Shown here: positions 11,404 through 22,893 of the stretch, in pieces
Numbering within the stretch: position 1 is the stretch's first letter
How the letters are laid out: every line of letters begins with the position of its first letter
Assembly (NCBI GenBank): GCA_052426225.1
Contig: JBNJNM010000021.1
Span: 2,852,001-2,916,000 of the forward strand
From: Zancudomyces culisetae HAW-14-8
Lineage: Eukaryota; Fungi; Kickxellomycota
Reading direction: 5' to 3'
Length of the DNA stretch: 64,000 nt
Position numbers and translations under genes: made by a program
The notes under the pieces: model-generated
Database searches by the model: none
What the model was told of the DNA's origin: nothing
Seen by the model: only the letters and a program-made list of their open reading frames with translations

Positions 11404-14400
11404 AATCTACAAACAATCTATGGTTTAATAACGGTTTCAGCACCACGAGTTGCGAGTTTATATCCTTGTTGAGTAGTATAGATAGATCATTAATATCAGT
11501 GCGATTGCCATCTCTGGTGGTTTTTTCATTTCCATTTACAGCTATGCTTTTTTCGATATCATTCTGGATAAAGAAGCTGTAGATTTGAGTAGGCGGGTTA
11601 TAGTATTGTTTAAATAAAGATTTCTTTTGTAGAGTTGGTTTAAAGTACTCACAAACCCTGGATAGTGTAGAAACCGTATGGTATTTGGTGCCGCTGGTAA
11701 GGATTTTCTGGTCAGCATTGTTTGTAAAAAGCTTTAGCAGCGCATAGTTCATTAAATACTCGAATTGGCTCAGAGTCTTCATCCTAAAGTAGGCATCGGA
11801 ATTCCTTTGGTGTGAGTTTACAGTGGTGGACAACAACAATTCGAGGGATAGAACAAACAGTGCTGATTTGTCAAGTGTCAAGCCCATTATTGATGGTAGT
11901 TCGGGGTTACTGTCAGACAAAATTGGTGGCTCCAAGTTCAGCAAAAGCACAACTAATTTATCAACATCAATTATTTTGTGACCTTCCTTGACTTCTAAAT
12001 ACCACGAACTTAACTGCGAGTACAGGTTCGAGTCAGTCTTTTTCATTTTTATAGATATTAGTTCATCAAACGAATAATTGCCAAACATCTGACTCAGTTC
12101 GTAAAACAGCGTGTTGATGTTTATAATTGACGATTCTACATTGATTTTGTTCAAACTACTGAGGCCTATACACACTCTTTGTGTATCAATATTTTTTGTC
12201 TTTGCAACAGCAGAGTAGTAGCAATCTTGCTCGTCAAAGACAATCCACTTTAGGTCTGTAAGTTGAGGAACTGCTTGGTTAGCACTGATATAGTCCTCAA
12301 TGCATCGCTTTACCATGTGGTTTTTGCTGTAGTTTCTACAAAATTTGAAAAACGAATAAAATTTGCTGTTGTTTTTGTAGTACTCCAATAGCTCAACAAT
12401 AAATTCTTCCCCAAAATGCTCCATCAAAACTTCAATTTGCTTGTCGCTATCAATCACCTCTGTATTTGTAGTAATCGATATCAACGTTTTGTAGTCTCTG
12501 TTATCGCTGGCTATCTGTACCGCCATTTCTATGCTTCCTAAGACTACCATCACTTTAACATACTCCTGTTGGTTCTCATCTTTCATCATATATGCCATCT
12601 CTGTGTATACTCCCAACTGCTCCACAAGTTCTGCATGTGTTGGATCTACCGCCTTGCTGATAATCTTGCTCTTGCCCTCCGTAAACTCCTTACTAAAATC
12701 TTCTACCTCTCCATGTGTCAGTATCCCGCTAGCCTCAATTGCTGCCTTTACTTCCTCATCGTCGCTACTTCTCAACAACCCAAGAACCTTTACAAATATT
12801 TTTTTGATCAGTTTTCCAAATCCTATCCGTTTAATCCACCACTTTTCCATTACGTTTGACTCCATCAAATATACTTTGGTCAGATATTCCTTGTTGTACT
12901 CCAATGCCGCTCCAATTATACCTATTATCGCATCATTCGTTTTCTTGATCTCCCCAAGATCATCCACACTATCAATTCGCTGCCCTATCTCCTCAAACAT
13001 CTCCAATACATCCTGCTGGCTGCACTGTTTTACTAGTTGACTCTTACTTTCCTTTTCAATGTTATTCGTGTAATTTTCAAATTCCAATTGCAAAATCATC
13101 AACTCTGTGTTATTCAGCAACTCTGTTCTAACCTCAGTATCCTGTTTACTAATAATGTTTCCATTCAACTCGTACATATATTCATTATACTGCCCAACTA
13201 GCGTATGACTAAATTCTATTCTTTCTGTCAAACTCCCTTGAATCGTCTCCCCTTTAACCAGCTCTGTAGATAATGCCAATACATCCCTCATAACTTTTTT
13301 ACTTGCTTTGTACTGCGGCCTTTCGATCTCTATCGCTGTTTCCTTCTCTCTTCCTATCTCCTTTCTGTCGTATTTCATTCGAATCTCCATCTTTTCCCGC
13401 TCTTGTGCTTTTCCCTTAGACTTTCGGCTTTGGATTTTTAGTTTATATATTCCATTCTTCTCCGTAGCCCCAAACACTATCGTCTTAGATTTATCTATCC
13501 GACTTTGTCCCTTAATCTGTTCCTCCTTTCTAAGCATAACCAATATCTGATCTGCATCTGTGCAGCTACTTCCTTGTATTCCACACATATATATCTTTTT
13601 GTTACTCGTTATTATTATCTTTTTTTCCCTTTCTATCTCCAATACACTCATGTCTCTAATCCTCTCATCTATAGGAATATCTGTTGCGACTATGTTCATC
13701 ACCTCAGTACTCATATCTTCTAATACCAACCTTTTAATTTTCAATTCTATCATCGCAAATGTGTCCATTTTTTTAAGTTTGCAAAGTATATATGCTTTCC
13801 GTTCCTTTGCCTGTCCGTTTTTTACCACCATCATATCTTTTATCTCCTCAACTTCAAATCCTCCTTCTCTTTCTATTTGATATTTAAGTTCTACCTCCAC
13901 CTCTACCTTTACCTCAATCTGTGTCCCTTCATTATCAATTTTCCATATATACATACTATCTTTGTTGTCTATTCCATACACCTCACACCCACTCTCATCC
14001 TCACCCTCACTCCCATACCCATACCCATTCTCGTTACCCTTCCTCCTAAAGCACATCTTTTCATCATTTTCGATCCCTGTTACAAACTTCAATACCCCTC
14101 GCTTGCCTTCTTTTCCCACTAACCAGTTGAATCCGTTTATTGCCATCTCAACAATCAGTTCATTGCTGTCTACCACACCCTTAGTCTTTCTTTTCTCCAA
14201 CACCCTCATTTTGTTTGCCTTTATTACTATTTGGTTGAGTGTATTTTCAAGCCTAAGCTTGTATATATTGCGATACTTTGTTATCACTAAATACTCAATA
14301 GGTGACAGCTTGACTAAGTCCAACACTTTATCTCCTCCAATAAACTCTGATAACTCAATTTTCTGCCTTTCACACCTGATCCCATACCGAATTCTCTCCC

Positions 14401-14845
14401 AATAACTAACTACTCCGTCTAAGCTAACATGTATTACCCCAATATCAATCTCTCTGCTCTTGTATATTTCGTTAATATCTACAAGCTTCATTTTTCCAAT
14501 TTCTTGGCTCTCCTCATGCCGAATTAAATACACCAGCTCCTCATTCCCTTCGTCATACATACATCCGCCTTCATTTTCGTACCATATATAACTTTCTCTT
14601 GCTGTTGATACGACATTAAATCCATATTTGCTTTGGAATTCCCATTCTGCATTTTCCATCTTGTTTTGAATCTGCCCAGGATAAAAACCTACAAAATCAA
14701 CCCTATGGCTTTCCACGTCTAACACCTCCACGGGCCTCTCTCGCATTTCATTTCGTCTATCTACTAATATCTCTACACCCTGTTGCCTCGCTCTTTTAGT
14801 TGTTGTATTCCATATTTCACTTTTTCGCTTAATCATCTCGTTCAT
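11351..14845 (-). CDS. NUP133: Nucleoporin Nup133 (beta-propeller plus alpha-solenoid)
   Basis: 1164-aa ORF with Nup133-like segments: YIWY and GVIHVSLDGVVSYWERI in the propeller; IASDNRDYKTLI, EHFGEEFIVELLEYY and LKWI in the solenoid. Confidence 0.78.
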   Translation of the reverse strand: MNEMIKRKSEIWNTTTKRARQQGVEILVDRRNEMRERPVEVLDVESHRVDFVGFYPGQIQNKMENAEWEFQSKYGFNVVSTARESYIWYENEGGCMYDEGNEELVYLIRHEESQEIGKMKLVDINEIYKSREIDIGVIHVSLDGVVSYWERIRYGIRCERQKIELSEFIGGDKVLDLVKLSPIEYLVITKYRNIYKLRLENTLNQIVIKANKMRVLEKRKTKGVVDSNELIVEMAINGFNWLVGKEGKRGVLKFVTGIENDEKMCFRRKGNENGYGYGSEGEDESGCEVYGIDNKDSMYIWKIDNEGTQIEVKVEVEVELKYQIEREGGFEVEEIKDMMVVKNGQAKERKAYILCKLKKMDTFAMIELKIKRLVLEDMSTEVMNIVATDIPIDERIRDMSVLEIEREKKIIITSNKKIYMCGIQGSSCTDADQILVMLRKEEQIKGQSRIDKSKTIVFGATEKNGIYKLKIQSRKSKGKAQEREKMEIRMKYDRKEIGREKETAIEIERPQYKASKKVMRDVLALSTELVKGETIQGSLTERIEFSHTLVGQYNEYMYELNGNIISKQDTEVRTELLNNTELMILQLEFENYTNNIEKESKSQLVKQCSQQDVLEMFEEIGQRIDSVDDLGEIKKTNDAIIGIIGAALEYNKEYLTKVYLMESNVMEKWWIKRIGFGKLIKKIFVKVLGLLRSSDDEEVKAAIEASGILTHGEVEDFSKEFTEGKSKIISKAVDPTHAELVEQLGVYTEMAYMMKDENQQEYVKVMVVLGSIEMAVQIASDNRDYKTLISITTNTEVIDSDKQIEVLMEHFGEEFIVELLEYYKNNSKFYSFFKFCRNYSKNHMVKRCIEDYISANQAVPQLTDLKWIVFDEQDCYYSAVAKTKNIDTQRVCIGLSSLNKINVESSIININTLFYELSQMFGNYSFDELISIKMKKTDSNLYSQLSSWYLEVKEGHKIIDVDKLVVLLLNLEPPILSDSNPELPSIMGLTLDKSALFVLSLELLLSTTVNSHQRNSDAYFRMKTLSQFEYLMNYALLKLFTNNADQKILTSGTKYHTVSTLSRVCEYFKPTLQKKSLFKQYYNPPTQIYSFFIQNDIEKSIAVNGNEKTTRDGNRTDINDLSILLNKDINSQLVVLKPLLNHRLFVDFISFCLTPLIGISSGNC

Positions 14846-15355
14846 TCAACACAATATTTTTCTATAAATATGTCCCTGCACCGTTTCGTATTTCGTTTTT
14901 GTTATTAAAGTTCGTCTACCTCTATTTTTACGCGTGATAAATGTTTGTAGTCTGCATTTAGTCAATTAAAGTTGAAGAATGACCGTTCGTATGCTTTATA
15001 TGTTTGTCTGATTCTTGTTTATTATTATTTATTCAGGCTATATTTGTTTATACTTTTTCTAAATGATGAAATTTTTTTTTTCGGTTTTACTTGTTTCTGT
15101 TAATTTTTTTTTTGTACTGTGATTTATTCAAGTATGCCAGAATTAAATTAATCAAAAGAATTATTGTGCAGTTTATTAATCTCCACCTAATTAGCTATTT
15201 AAAAATAATGAATGTTCAAATTCTCCAAAATGAAAACACTTGTTCAAAAACTGTAATACTATATATATAAGCTCTAAACAACCTTGTCCATCTTGTGTAT
15301 AATTATTCAAAACTTCATATACTTTTTGTTTTTCTAACGTTAAGGCATTTACAAG

Positions 15356-16716
15356 ATGAACGGTAAGCTTCTAATTTCCCACATTTTCTGCATTTCTTTT
15401 TGTTATTTTCTCATTTATACATGTCCAATTTCTATAGGCCTTGTTGGATCTCCGTTTACCAAGTTTTTAATGGTATCTCTTGGTGCAAACTCCATTCTCA
15501 CCTCAATAATGGGTTGGAAGCCTTATTTGGCGCTAAGGGTCGAGCCACATTTACTACGAGATCACCAGGTAAAATTTAATACCATCAAACTTTTGTTTTC
15601 AGCCCTACGTGGTGGGTGTCGAACAAGCTGATAGTACCAATATACCAAAACCACTAAAAATATTAAAATTTTCAAATGAAATGTACTGTACTAACATTCT
15701 TGCTGTGTTTTAACTATTTAGTGGTGGAGAATAATCACCTCGACCCTGGCATTCCCAAACTCCTCCGAACTAATAATCGCCTTGATTCTGCTATACAGAT
15801 TGCGGGTAGTTGAACGAGCTTTTGGGACCTGGAAATTCTCGAGTTTTGTGTTTTTGACCACATTTATCAGCAAATCCATAGAATTGCTAGTTGTACTCTT
15901 ATTCAGAAATCGGTATACAAATTTTGTAGCTCCTGGAATGTAAATGCGTCTTTTTATTATTCTACAGTATTGTTTATCAACCATCAACCACGGCCAATGT
16001 TTAGTTTATACTGCCAATCTATCACGATTGTAAACTCTAAAGAGTCATTATGTAACCATAAGTAATATCTATATTATAGCTATGGCACCCTTTCCAGCTT
16101 GGTTTTCCAGTATTATTACTTTATCCCCGCTATTTACAGAGCCAAGCCCTTTGGAAAAATTTGTATAAGCGACAAGGCTATAATGTATGCCTTATTACTT
16201 CAACTTGCCTTTCTCCGACTTCCCTACACTGCCATTCCAGTGCTTTCAGGCCTTCTTTCGGGCTTCATTTATGCACTAAACATAGGAAATACAGCCAATT
16301 GGCGATTCCCCTCTTTTGTTCGATCCTTTGTTTATGGGTATGTCGGCTCTATCTTTTCCGAACTTCCTCCGAGAAGAGGTAATAACACAATTCCTCCTTC
16401 TATACCAGCTGCATCTACAAACTCAACAACATTAAACACTCTTACCTCACAATTCGACTCCCTTTCCAATACAAATCCTGCAAACAACCCCAATCCGGCC
16501 TTGAACACTAACGCCAACACCAACCCCAACCCCAACCCCTCACTTTCTCGTTCACCGTCCTCAAATATTGAAGATTCTTTAGATTTTGAGGATAATATTG
16601 CCATGTTGTCTGCTCTTTTTCCTTCAGCTTCAAGACAGCGGCTAATCGATGTACTACGTTTGTCCAACAATGATCCCAATGTTGCAGCATCCCGCCTCTT
16701 AGACAATAACAGTTAG
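15356..16716 (+). CDS. DSC2: Dsc2/UBAC2-like rhomboid pseudoprotease with C-terminal UBA/CUE domain; exons 15356-15362, 15438-15568, 15722-15939, 16080-16716
   Basis: The spliced product contains SPFTKFL, HQWWRIITS, LLYRLRVVERAFGTWKF, PGIYG, QYYYFIP and ISDKA, ending in LSALFP...LRLSNNDPNVAASRLL. All intron phases are consistent. Confidence 0.83.
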
Positions 16717-16929
16717 TTTTTATTCTTTTCTTTTTCTTTTTCTTTTTACTAGTAAACATAATCTAAAATAAAATTCAATAAAAACAAATCTACTTGATGA
16801 TATATCTATCTAATATCTATTATTTAAATACTCGCTTGCACCCAGACTATGTACATGCGAATACTTTCTTTTTATTCAGTTTTACACCCAACACAACCCT
16901 CCCGACCTAATACATTTCCTGATTCGGGT

Positions 16930-17733
16930 CTACACATATGATCCCAGACTGTTTCCATAGGATTTTAGCCTTCGTCTTCTAATTCTAATCCACCTTCTTC
17001 TTCTCACAAAGGCACTTGAAAATGTTGGGTTGCTGGTCCAATGCTTCGACCGAAATGCTTTTGCATATGACCAACCATTGAAGTCTACATTTCCATTAAA
17101 GTCCACGGCCCATCTATCCGTCACCCACTCCCACCCAATCTTTATCTCAAAATACATCACCGAAGTTGCCGCCATCGTCATTGTTATGTCTGTCCAGGGT
17201 GCTGGATCGGCTATCATTAAAATATCCTTCCCAAATCGCTTAAACCCACCTAGTCCAAATCCCCTTTCACATTGATACAACACATCAGCTGCATATATAT
17301 ACTCTTCATCTTGATGCAGGATGAGCTCGTCGGTTCTACCGCTTTTTAACTTGTATTTCAGTACATCGTCAAATTTGCTCTGAACCGTTTTGGATATTCC
17401 CTTTATAAAATCTTGGTTTACTCTTTGCAGCAAATTGCGTTCGTGTGAAAGCCCCACCCGGAATTTTTTTATAGCCTGTACATCCTCCTTATTTTTATGT
17501 ACGTCTTTCACTTCTTCTCCGTGCACCTCCTCGCTTAGTACCGTCCTAATCTCTGATCTATCATTTTTATAGTCGATGTTTTCATGCTGAGTTACTTTTG
17601 GCAAGGTTTTGTTGTTGTACCTATTTATACTTTCCAAATCCTTGGACCCTTTTATTTTGGGGCTACTTATTATAGCTGCATATTTCTTTCCAAAGGTGAT
17701 TTCTTCGAATTCTGCCGTTTTTAATTTCTCCAT
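16930..17733 (-). CDS. SPO73: Dysferlin (DysF)-domain protein, Spo73/Mug65-like
   Basis: DVLYQCERG..G...F....L...DPAPWT, GWEWVTDRWAVD, GWSYA and FVRRRRWIR form a DysF signature. No transmembrane segments. Confidence 0.7.
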   Translation of the reverse strand: MEKLKTAEFEEITFGKKYAAIISSPKIKGSKDLESINRYNNKTLPKVTQHENIDYKNDRSEIRTVLSEEVHGEEVKDVHKNKEDVQAIKKFRVGLSHERNLLQRVNQDFIKGISKTVQSKFDDVLKYKLKSGRTDELILHQDEEYIYAADVLYQCERGFGLGGFKRFGKDILMIADPAPWTDITMTMAATSVMYFEIKIGWEWVTDRWAVDFNGNVDFNGWSYAKAFRSKHWTSNPTFSSAFVRRRRWIRIRRRRLKSYGNSLGSYV

Positions 17734-19730
17734 TTTACTCGATTTCTACTGCTTTTATTTCCTTTCTGTCCATTTTTCAAAACAATATGAGATTCCTAAA
17801 TAAGCCTAGCACACATTATAATTAGATTCTTCAACCTGTGTTGCTTTTCTTTTTCTCTCAAATTTGCTTGATTATGATTTATCTTGCCTTTTAAACGCTT
17901 TTAATATTGCTAGAAATTGCTATCCTTATTCCTCCCGTCGATTTCCACTGAAAAGGCAAAAACAAAAACAAAGCTTTTCACGCACACACTCGGTCTTTCT
18001 AAAATTATATGCTAATTTCTATCTAGACTTGTTATAAAATAGTTTTATATACCAGTGAGTTGATGTAACTAACGAGCCTTGATATATCGTACTTTAGCTT
18101 GAACGCAGAGCTGATATGGCTTGCATATTAGTGACAACGTTTGTCATATTTCTTTCTTTAAATTTTTCTCTGGGGCAATATTCATGCCACAGAATCCTCG
18201 ATCTTTTCTGCCAGCCCGCCAATTCTACTTGGGCATTTAAAGCCGTGTAATTTATTTTTGTTACTATTTTGAGTATCACGAGAAATTTTTGGCAAATCTG
18301 ATGTTGTTTCTTGTAAATTTTATTATTATTTTTATAATCCTTCATTAATATAAAAAGTTTACATTGGTCTACAAACAAAAGCGCAACTTTAATTTTTTCA
18401 CAATTACTATCCAATAATTCACCCACATTCACAAGATTTTGAAATCCAGAATTACAAGAAAAACACACTTGAAGCCTTAATACTCTTAAACACCCAAACG
18501 ATGGAAAAACACATTTTGCTCATCAGAGAGAGCTGAGTTCATCACATACACATTGAGTAAAATCTGTTCACACACCCCCCCCCTTCCTTATGTAATCCAG
18601 GTATATATACTTCTACCCAATTTGAGTTTTTTGTACACAGTGGGTGTCCCATATAGTTTGCTATTTATTTATTTATTTTTGTTTTCGCAATTCTGGCGAT
18701 TGATAGCCTATAGTGTAAATAACACCAAATAATAACTATTGTTTAAAAGCTTTTCTCTATTCTAGAGTATACAAAAGTACAAATTTCCAACTAATTCTCA
18801 AGATATTAGTTATGGTCTCAAAGAATACATCAAAAGTTGGCGTTGAAAAAAATAAGGGAACACCTTTGCCTCTCAGCATTGTGAGCGTGAATTTTATATA
18901 ATGAAAAACACATAAACATGATGCTCTGTGTCTATAACTCATCTCTGAACACTTCCAGTGCATTTCTAACCATCACCATTCATTTTAATTAAGCTTTCTT
19001 TCTACCAAAAGCGAATATACCATACTCATGTAAACTGCCCATCATAGCCCTTACCATCAATACTGACATGTATAAACCGCATGTATTTGTGTAAAACTTT
19101 GGTAAAATATAGAATCAGCTCTAGAAAAGTGAAACATGTAGTGCGGCATCGGTTTTGTTTATAACGATACCCACATTGCTTCATAAACTGCTTTGCACAA
19201 TAGTTGTCCCTACACCATGGCTACAGATTTGGGGATCGAGTCTAGACTTATGGGCATTCTCCACCCACACTACTCTAATTAATCTCACTTCATAAGGTTA
19301 GTTTTTTATTGTTGGTACAGATAGTGTAAGTAGGTGTGTTAAGACTTTTGTTTCGCTACTCTTATCCCCGCTCTGATTTCTATTTCTCCCCCTCTCTCCC
19401 CTTCTCTCCCCAGAATATATAAAAGTAACTATTTTTTCTTTTCTCACCTCCAATGGAAAAACGTGGTTTTTGAAAATAAAAAGGTTAGAACCCCAGCTCA
19501 AGTGGAATTTTATTTTGCTTATCCAACAGCTTGTTTACAATCATGATTTCACTGATATTTATTATTGGTATATACAAAGTAATAGCAGTATCGAATATTT
19601 GTGGTCTGGCTCGCTTTTTTAATTACATGGCACCCCAAATATATGCCTTTTGAATAATAGCACTAGATAGCTTTGTTTATAATTACTGTATACACTGTGC
19701 TTAACCAACTCAACTCAAACTGTGTTAAAG

Positions 19731-19738
19731 TATAAATA
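19731..19738 (+). promoter_or_regulatory. TATA box of the secreted CBM19-like gene
   Basis: TATAAATA about 145 bp upstream of the ATG at 19878. Confidence 0.5.
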
Positions 19739-19877
19739 GATGATGAATTCGCACCATCTATTCTCAATTCAAAAAGAGTATCAAATATTCTTCCATATCC
19801 TAGATTGTATATACTTCAGAACTTTAAAGTGTGTCTATAAAGATTAAAAAACTTTAGAACAAAAAAAATTAGAAAAA

Positions 19878-20525
19878 ATGTTTGTACTAGCTCCTATTAT
19901 AATCTCACTTATCGCAGTCACAAAGGCACAGCAGTGTGTTTTTGGTACCGGTCGTTGTATCATGGACAGCGGAATGGGCTCTACATTTGAAGTCTGTAGT
20001 GAATCATTGGTTTTGACTACCGAAAGTTGTCCACAGGGTCAAATGTGTTATAACGATAGCGGTAGAGTCCTCTGTAGACCTGCAGGCGCATCATCTTATG
20101 CTCCACCACCACAATCTTATGCTCCACCACCACCATATTCTCCAAACGCACCAAAACCAGCATACACAGTACCAACTGTTGCAGGGGTAGGAGGAGGTAA
20201 TACTAGTACTTCAATGGTGTATGCACCACCTGTTGGAACTTACGGGAATTCCATGCCTTCACAAGGACCTATAATCCCTCCAGTGACCACTATCCAGCCA
20301 ACCGATACAACTGTCTACATTCCTCCTGTAACAACTGTACTAAATACTAGTAGCAACTCTGTATTAGGTGGAGGTGGAAACAATAACTCGTACTCCAACT
20401 ATATGCCTACATCAGTTATGGGTGCAGGAGGGCAAAAAAGCTCATATTTTACCAGCTACGCCCCCACAGGTGTCTTGGGAGGAGGAGGACAGGCCACCTC
20501 ATACAACCCCGCACCCCCATCTTAA
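19878..20525 (+). CDS. Secreted protein: signal peptide, 6-Cys CBM19-like (chitin-binding-type) module, Pro/Ser/Thr/Gly-rich tail
   Basis: Signal MFVLAPIIISLIAVTKA, then CVFGTGRC...FEVC...SCPQGQMC...VLC, followed by SYAPPP repeats and repeated V(L/M)G(G/A)GG blocks. Confidence 0.7.
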   Translation: MFVLAPIIISLIAVTKAQQCVFGTGRCIMDSGMGSTFEVCSESLVLTTESCPQGQMCYNDSGRVLCRPAGASSYAPPPQSYAPPPPYSPNAPKPAYTVPTVAGVGGGNTSTSMVYAPPVGTYGNSMPSQGPIIPPVTTIQPTDTTVYIPPVTTVLNTSSNSVLGGGGNNNSYSNYMPTSVMGAGGQKSSYFTSYAPTGVLGGGGQATSYNPAPPS

Positions 20526-21514
20526 ACAGTGGTTAAACCTGTTTTGTTACATAATGTACATATCTCTTTCTTTTCTTTCATTACGTTTTAACAAAAGAAA
20601 CACTTCCACGCTATAAAAATAAAAATAATTAAACCATGATTAGTGTTTAAACACAATATTCCTTCAAAAAATACCTGTCTGGGTTTGAAAAGATGGGTTT
20701 TGATAAATGAAATTCAAACCTGCGCTTTCTTTTAAGGTTTACACATTTATATCGGGATACACTCGTATACCGACATCATTAATTTAAAATGAAAACGCTA
20801 ATAAGTTCATTATTCAAAAGTTCATCCGATGAGCCTTATTTTTGATGATAAAAAAGGTAATATGGCTAGAGATACTTGGCATCGCATTTTGCAAGATAAT
20901 ACGTATATCTCTGGTTTGGTTTGTTTGAATTTTGAATATATCTGTAACAATGCGTTTCGAAGCAGATTGTGATGCTTTCACAAAAAAACCCCAGGTGTAC
21001 ACATATACCTCTAGCCTTTCTTTCGTATGGGGAAGGGGGTGGGGGATGGATATTTCCTGCCAATAGCAACTTCGTGGCTTTGATTTTCGGAAAAACAGCT
21101 TACCCAATAATAATAGTGACACCAAAACCCAAAACTCAGTAATTAAAACAACTTGGATAAATGAACAACCACAGATTATGGGGAGGCGGGCAAGTAAATA
21201 GTGTTTATGTGATATTTATTTCAAAAAGCAGAAATCTACCATTTTGCATACATTCCCACCTACGATTGATCGAAAGTACGACGTTCGATTGCTGAACATC
21301 TATCCAAGTGGTTAGAGTACGCTGAAATACCCCTAAACCGACACGTATTCAGGTAAAAAATATAAACGACTTTCAGCTTGTATACATCCCTTTATATGTT
21401 GTAAGCGAGCTCATGATACTAACCTTGCGCCAATACAGGGGTTATTAATTAGACATTGCTGTACTTGACTTAGCTATAAAAGAAAGTCGGATTTTTGTCA
21501 ATTACTTTTCCGAA

Positions 21515-22893
21515 ATGATCTCCTTACGCTTTGCAGTTGAATTTATTAAAGAAGACTTTTTTGGGTTTTTGAGGTATTGCCTATTGTTGTTTTTTGGTGT
21601 AAGGAAAATATATTTGCATTATCTACTATTTAATTTAAAAATGTAACACTATAATATTGGACTAAACGAAACTATTCGATTGTCTCTGTCTTGGAATAGT
21701 GGCTTGTTGAACCAACGCCGAAAAAAGATGAAAATATACACAAAATTCTTGTGATTGGGGATCAATTAGCCTTGGGGTATGGCGATACCTTTTACAAAAC
21801 AGGAAGAAGCGGGATCAGTAATTATTTGTGGTCCCTGATCACTGAATCACCAAAAGTTCGAAAACGATGGTTTATGTTCAATTGCGGTGTTTTTGGGGCG
21901 ACTTCATACGACTGGATTCCGGGTTCTAAAACCGTAACTATTACTAAAAATTTTTTACTTATGTTCCGCTTTATTTATCTTTATTTTGATGCGAAGCGTC
22001 AAGTGTTTAACATGAGCGAATATCCTAGTATTTGTAACAAAGAAATAACAACATATTTACTTATTGCTCTTGGACACTCTGTTAAATATAGGATTTGTTT
22101 AAAAAGACATTTGAAAATCCAAAATATGCTGACTGTGATATTGTGATCATATTCCTAGGACTCCAGGATATAATGTAATAACCTTATATTATTATTGCTA
22201 TGCTTTTGTAGTCCTTCTATTTACACACACATTTAAACTACTTTAAAATAGAAACGGTTACAAGCACCAACAAAACTTCACTTTTGATAAAACATACGAA
22301 AACCTTGTTATTCTCATCGAGTCTCTGGAGAAAATCGGTAAAGCTGTTGGTGTTTGTTATGTCCCTAATCCAGAAAGTTGGAACCTAAAAAAGGTCGGAA
22401 AACTCAATGAAAGCTATGAAAGGCAGCTGAATGCTAAACTTGAAGAATACATTGATAGGTATGAGATTTTGTGTATTTAATTCGCTTCCTACTGTTTGTA
22501 GCGCATAAATTTATAAATTTCTCGTCGCTGACTAGAATTAACTAGAATCACATTCACCTTTGTAGAAAAAAAGACAAGAGTATTGTTTTGGGCCCCATGT
22601 GCGATTTGAGTAACTACTATTACTTTAGGTCTAACTTATATGACAGCAAATATCCGATATTCAATAATAACGTACGTTTTTTTAAGCTATTGTTTATTAC
22701 ATACACTACGGTTAATAAAAGCACCATTGATATAATCAGTATTTTCTCAGTGTATCTGGACACTAACATCACACTTGGATTTATAATAAAACTTTAGGGA
22801 TACGAACTTCTAAGTAAAGAGTGGTTTCCACTTGTATTGCCGTTGATAGCAAAATGTGAGTTACGCTCACTCTTTGGAAAAGACTATATCTGA
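21515..22893 (+). CDS. SGNH/GDSL-fold protein (~269 aa) lacking the canonical catalytic residues; exons 21515-21598, 21700-21933, 22092-22174, 22252-22458, 22566-22671, 22798-22893
   Basis: Five GT-AG introns with consistent phases. SGNH blocks read ILVIGDQLALGYG (I), FNCGVFGATS (II), DIVIIFLGLQD (III) and DSKYPIFNNNGYELL (V). Confidence 0.72.

Noticed and set aside
11235-11582. 115-aa + strand ORF overlapping the NUP133 end
   Set aside because: Non-ATG start inside the MRP10 intron. The true MRP10 exon 2 is in a different frame.
14930-14935. ACGCGT (MCB-like) site upstream of NUP133
   Set aside because: A single hexamer with no supporting cluster.
18094-18468. 124-aa minus-strand ORF
   Set aside because: Non-ATG start, intergenic composition and no recognisable motif.
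21281-21352. tRNA-like A-box text (TATCCAAGTGGTTA) near GTTCGA
   Set aside because: The B-box-like motif precedes the A-box and no cloverleaf can be formed.
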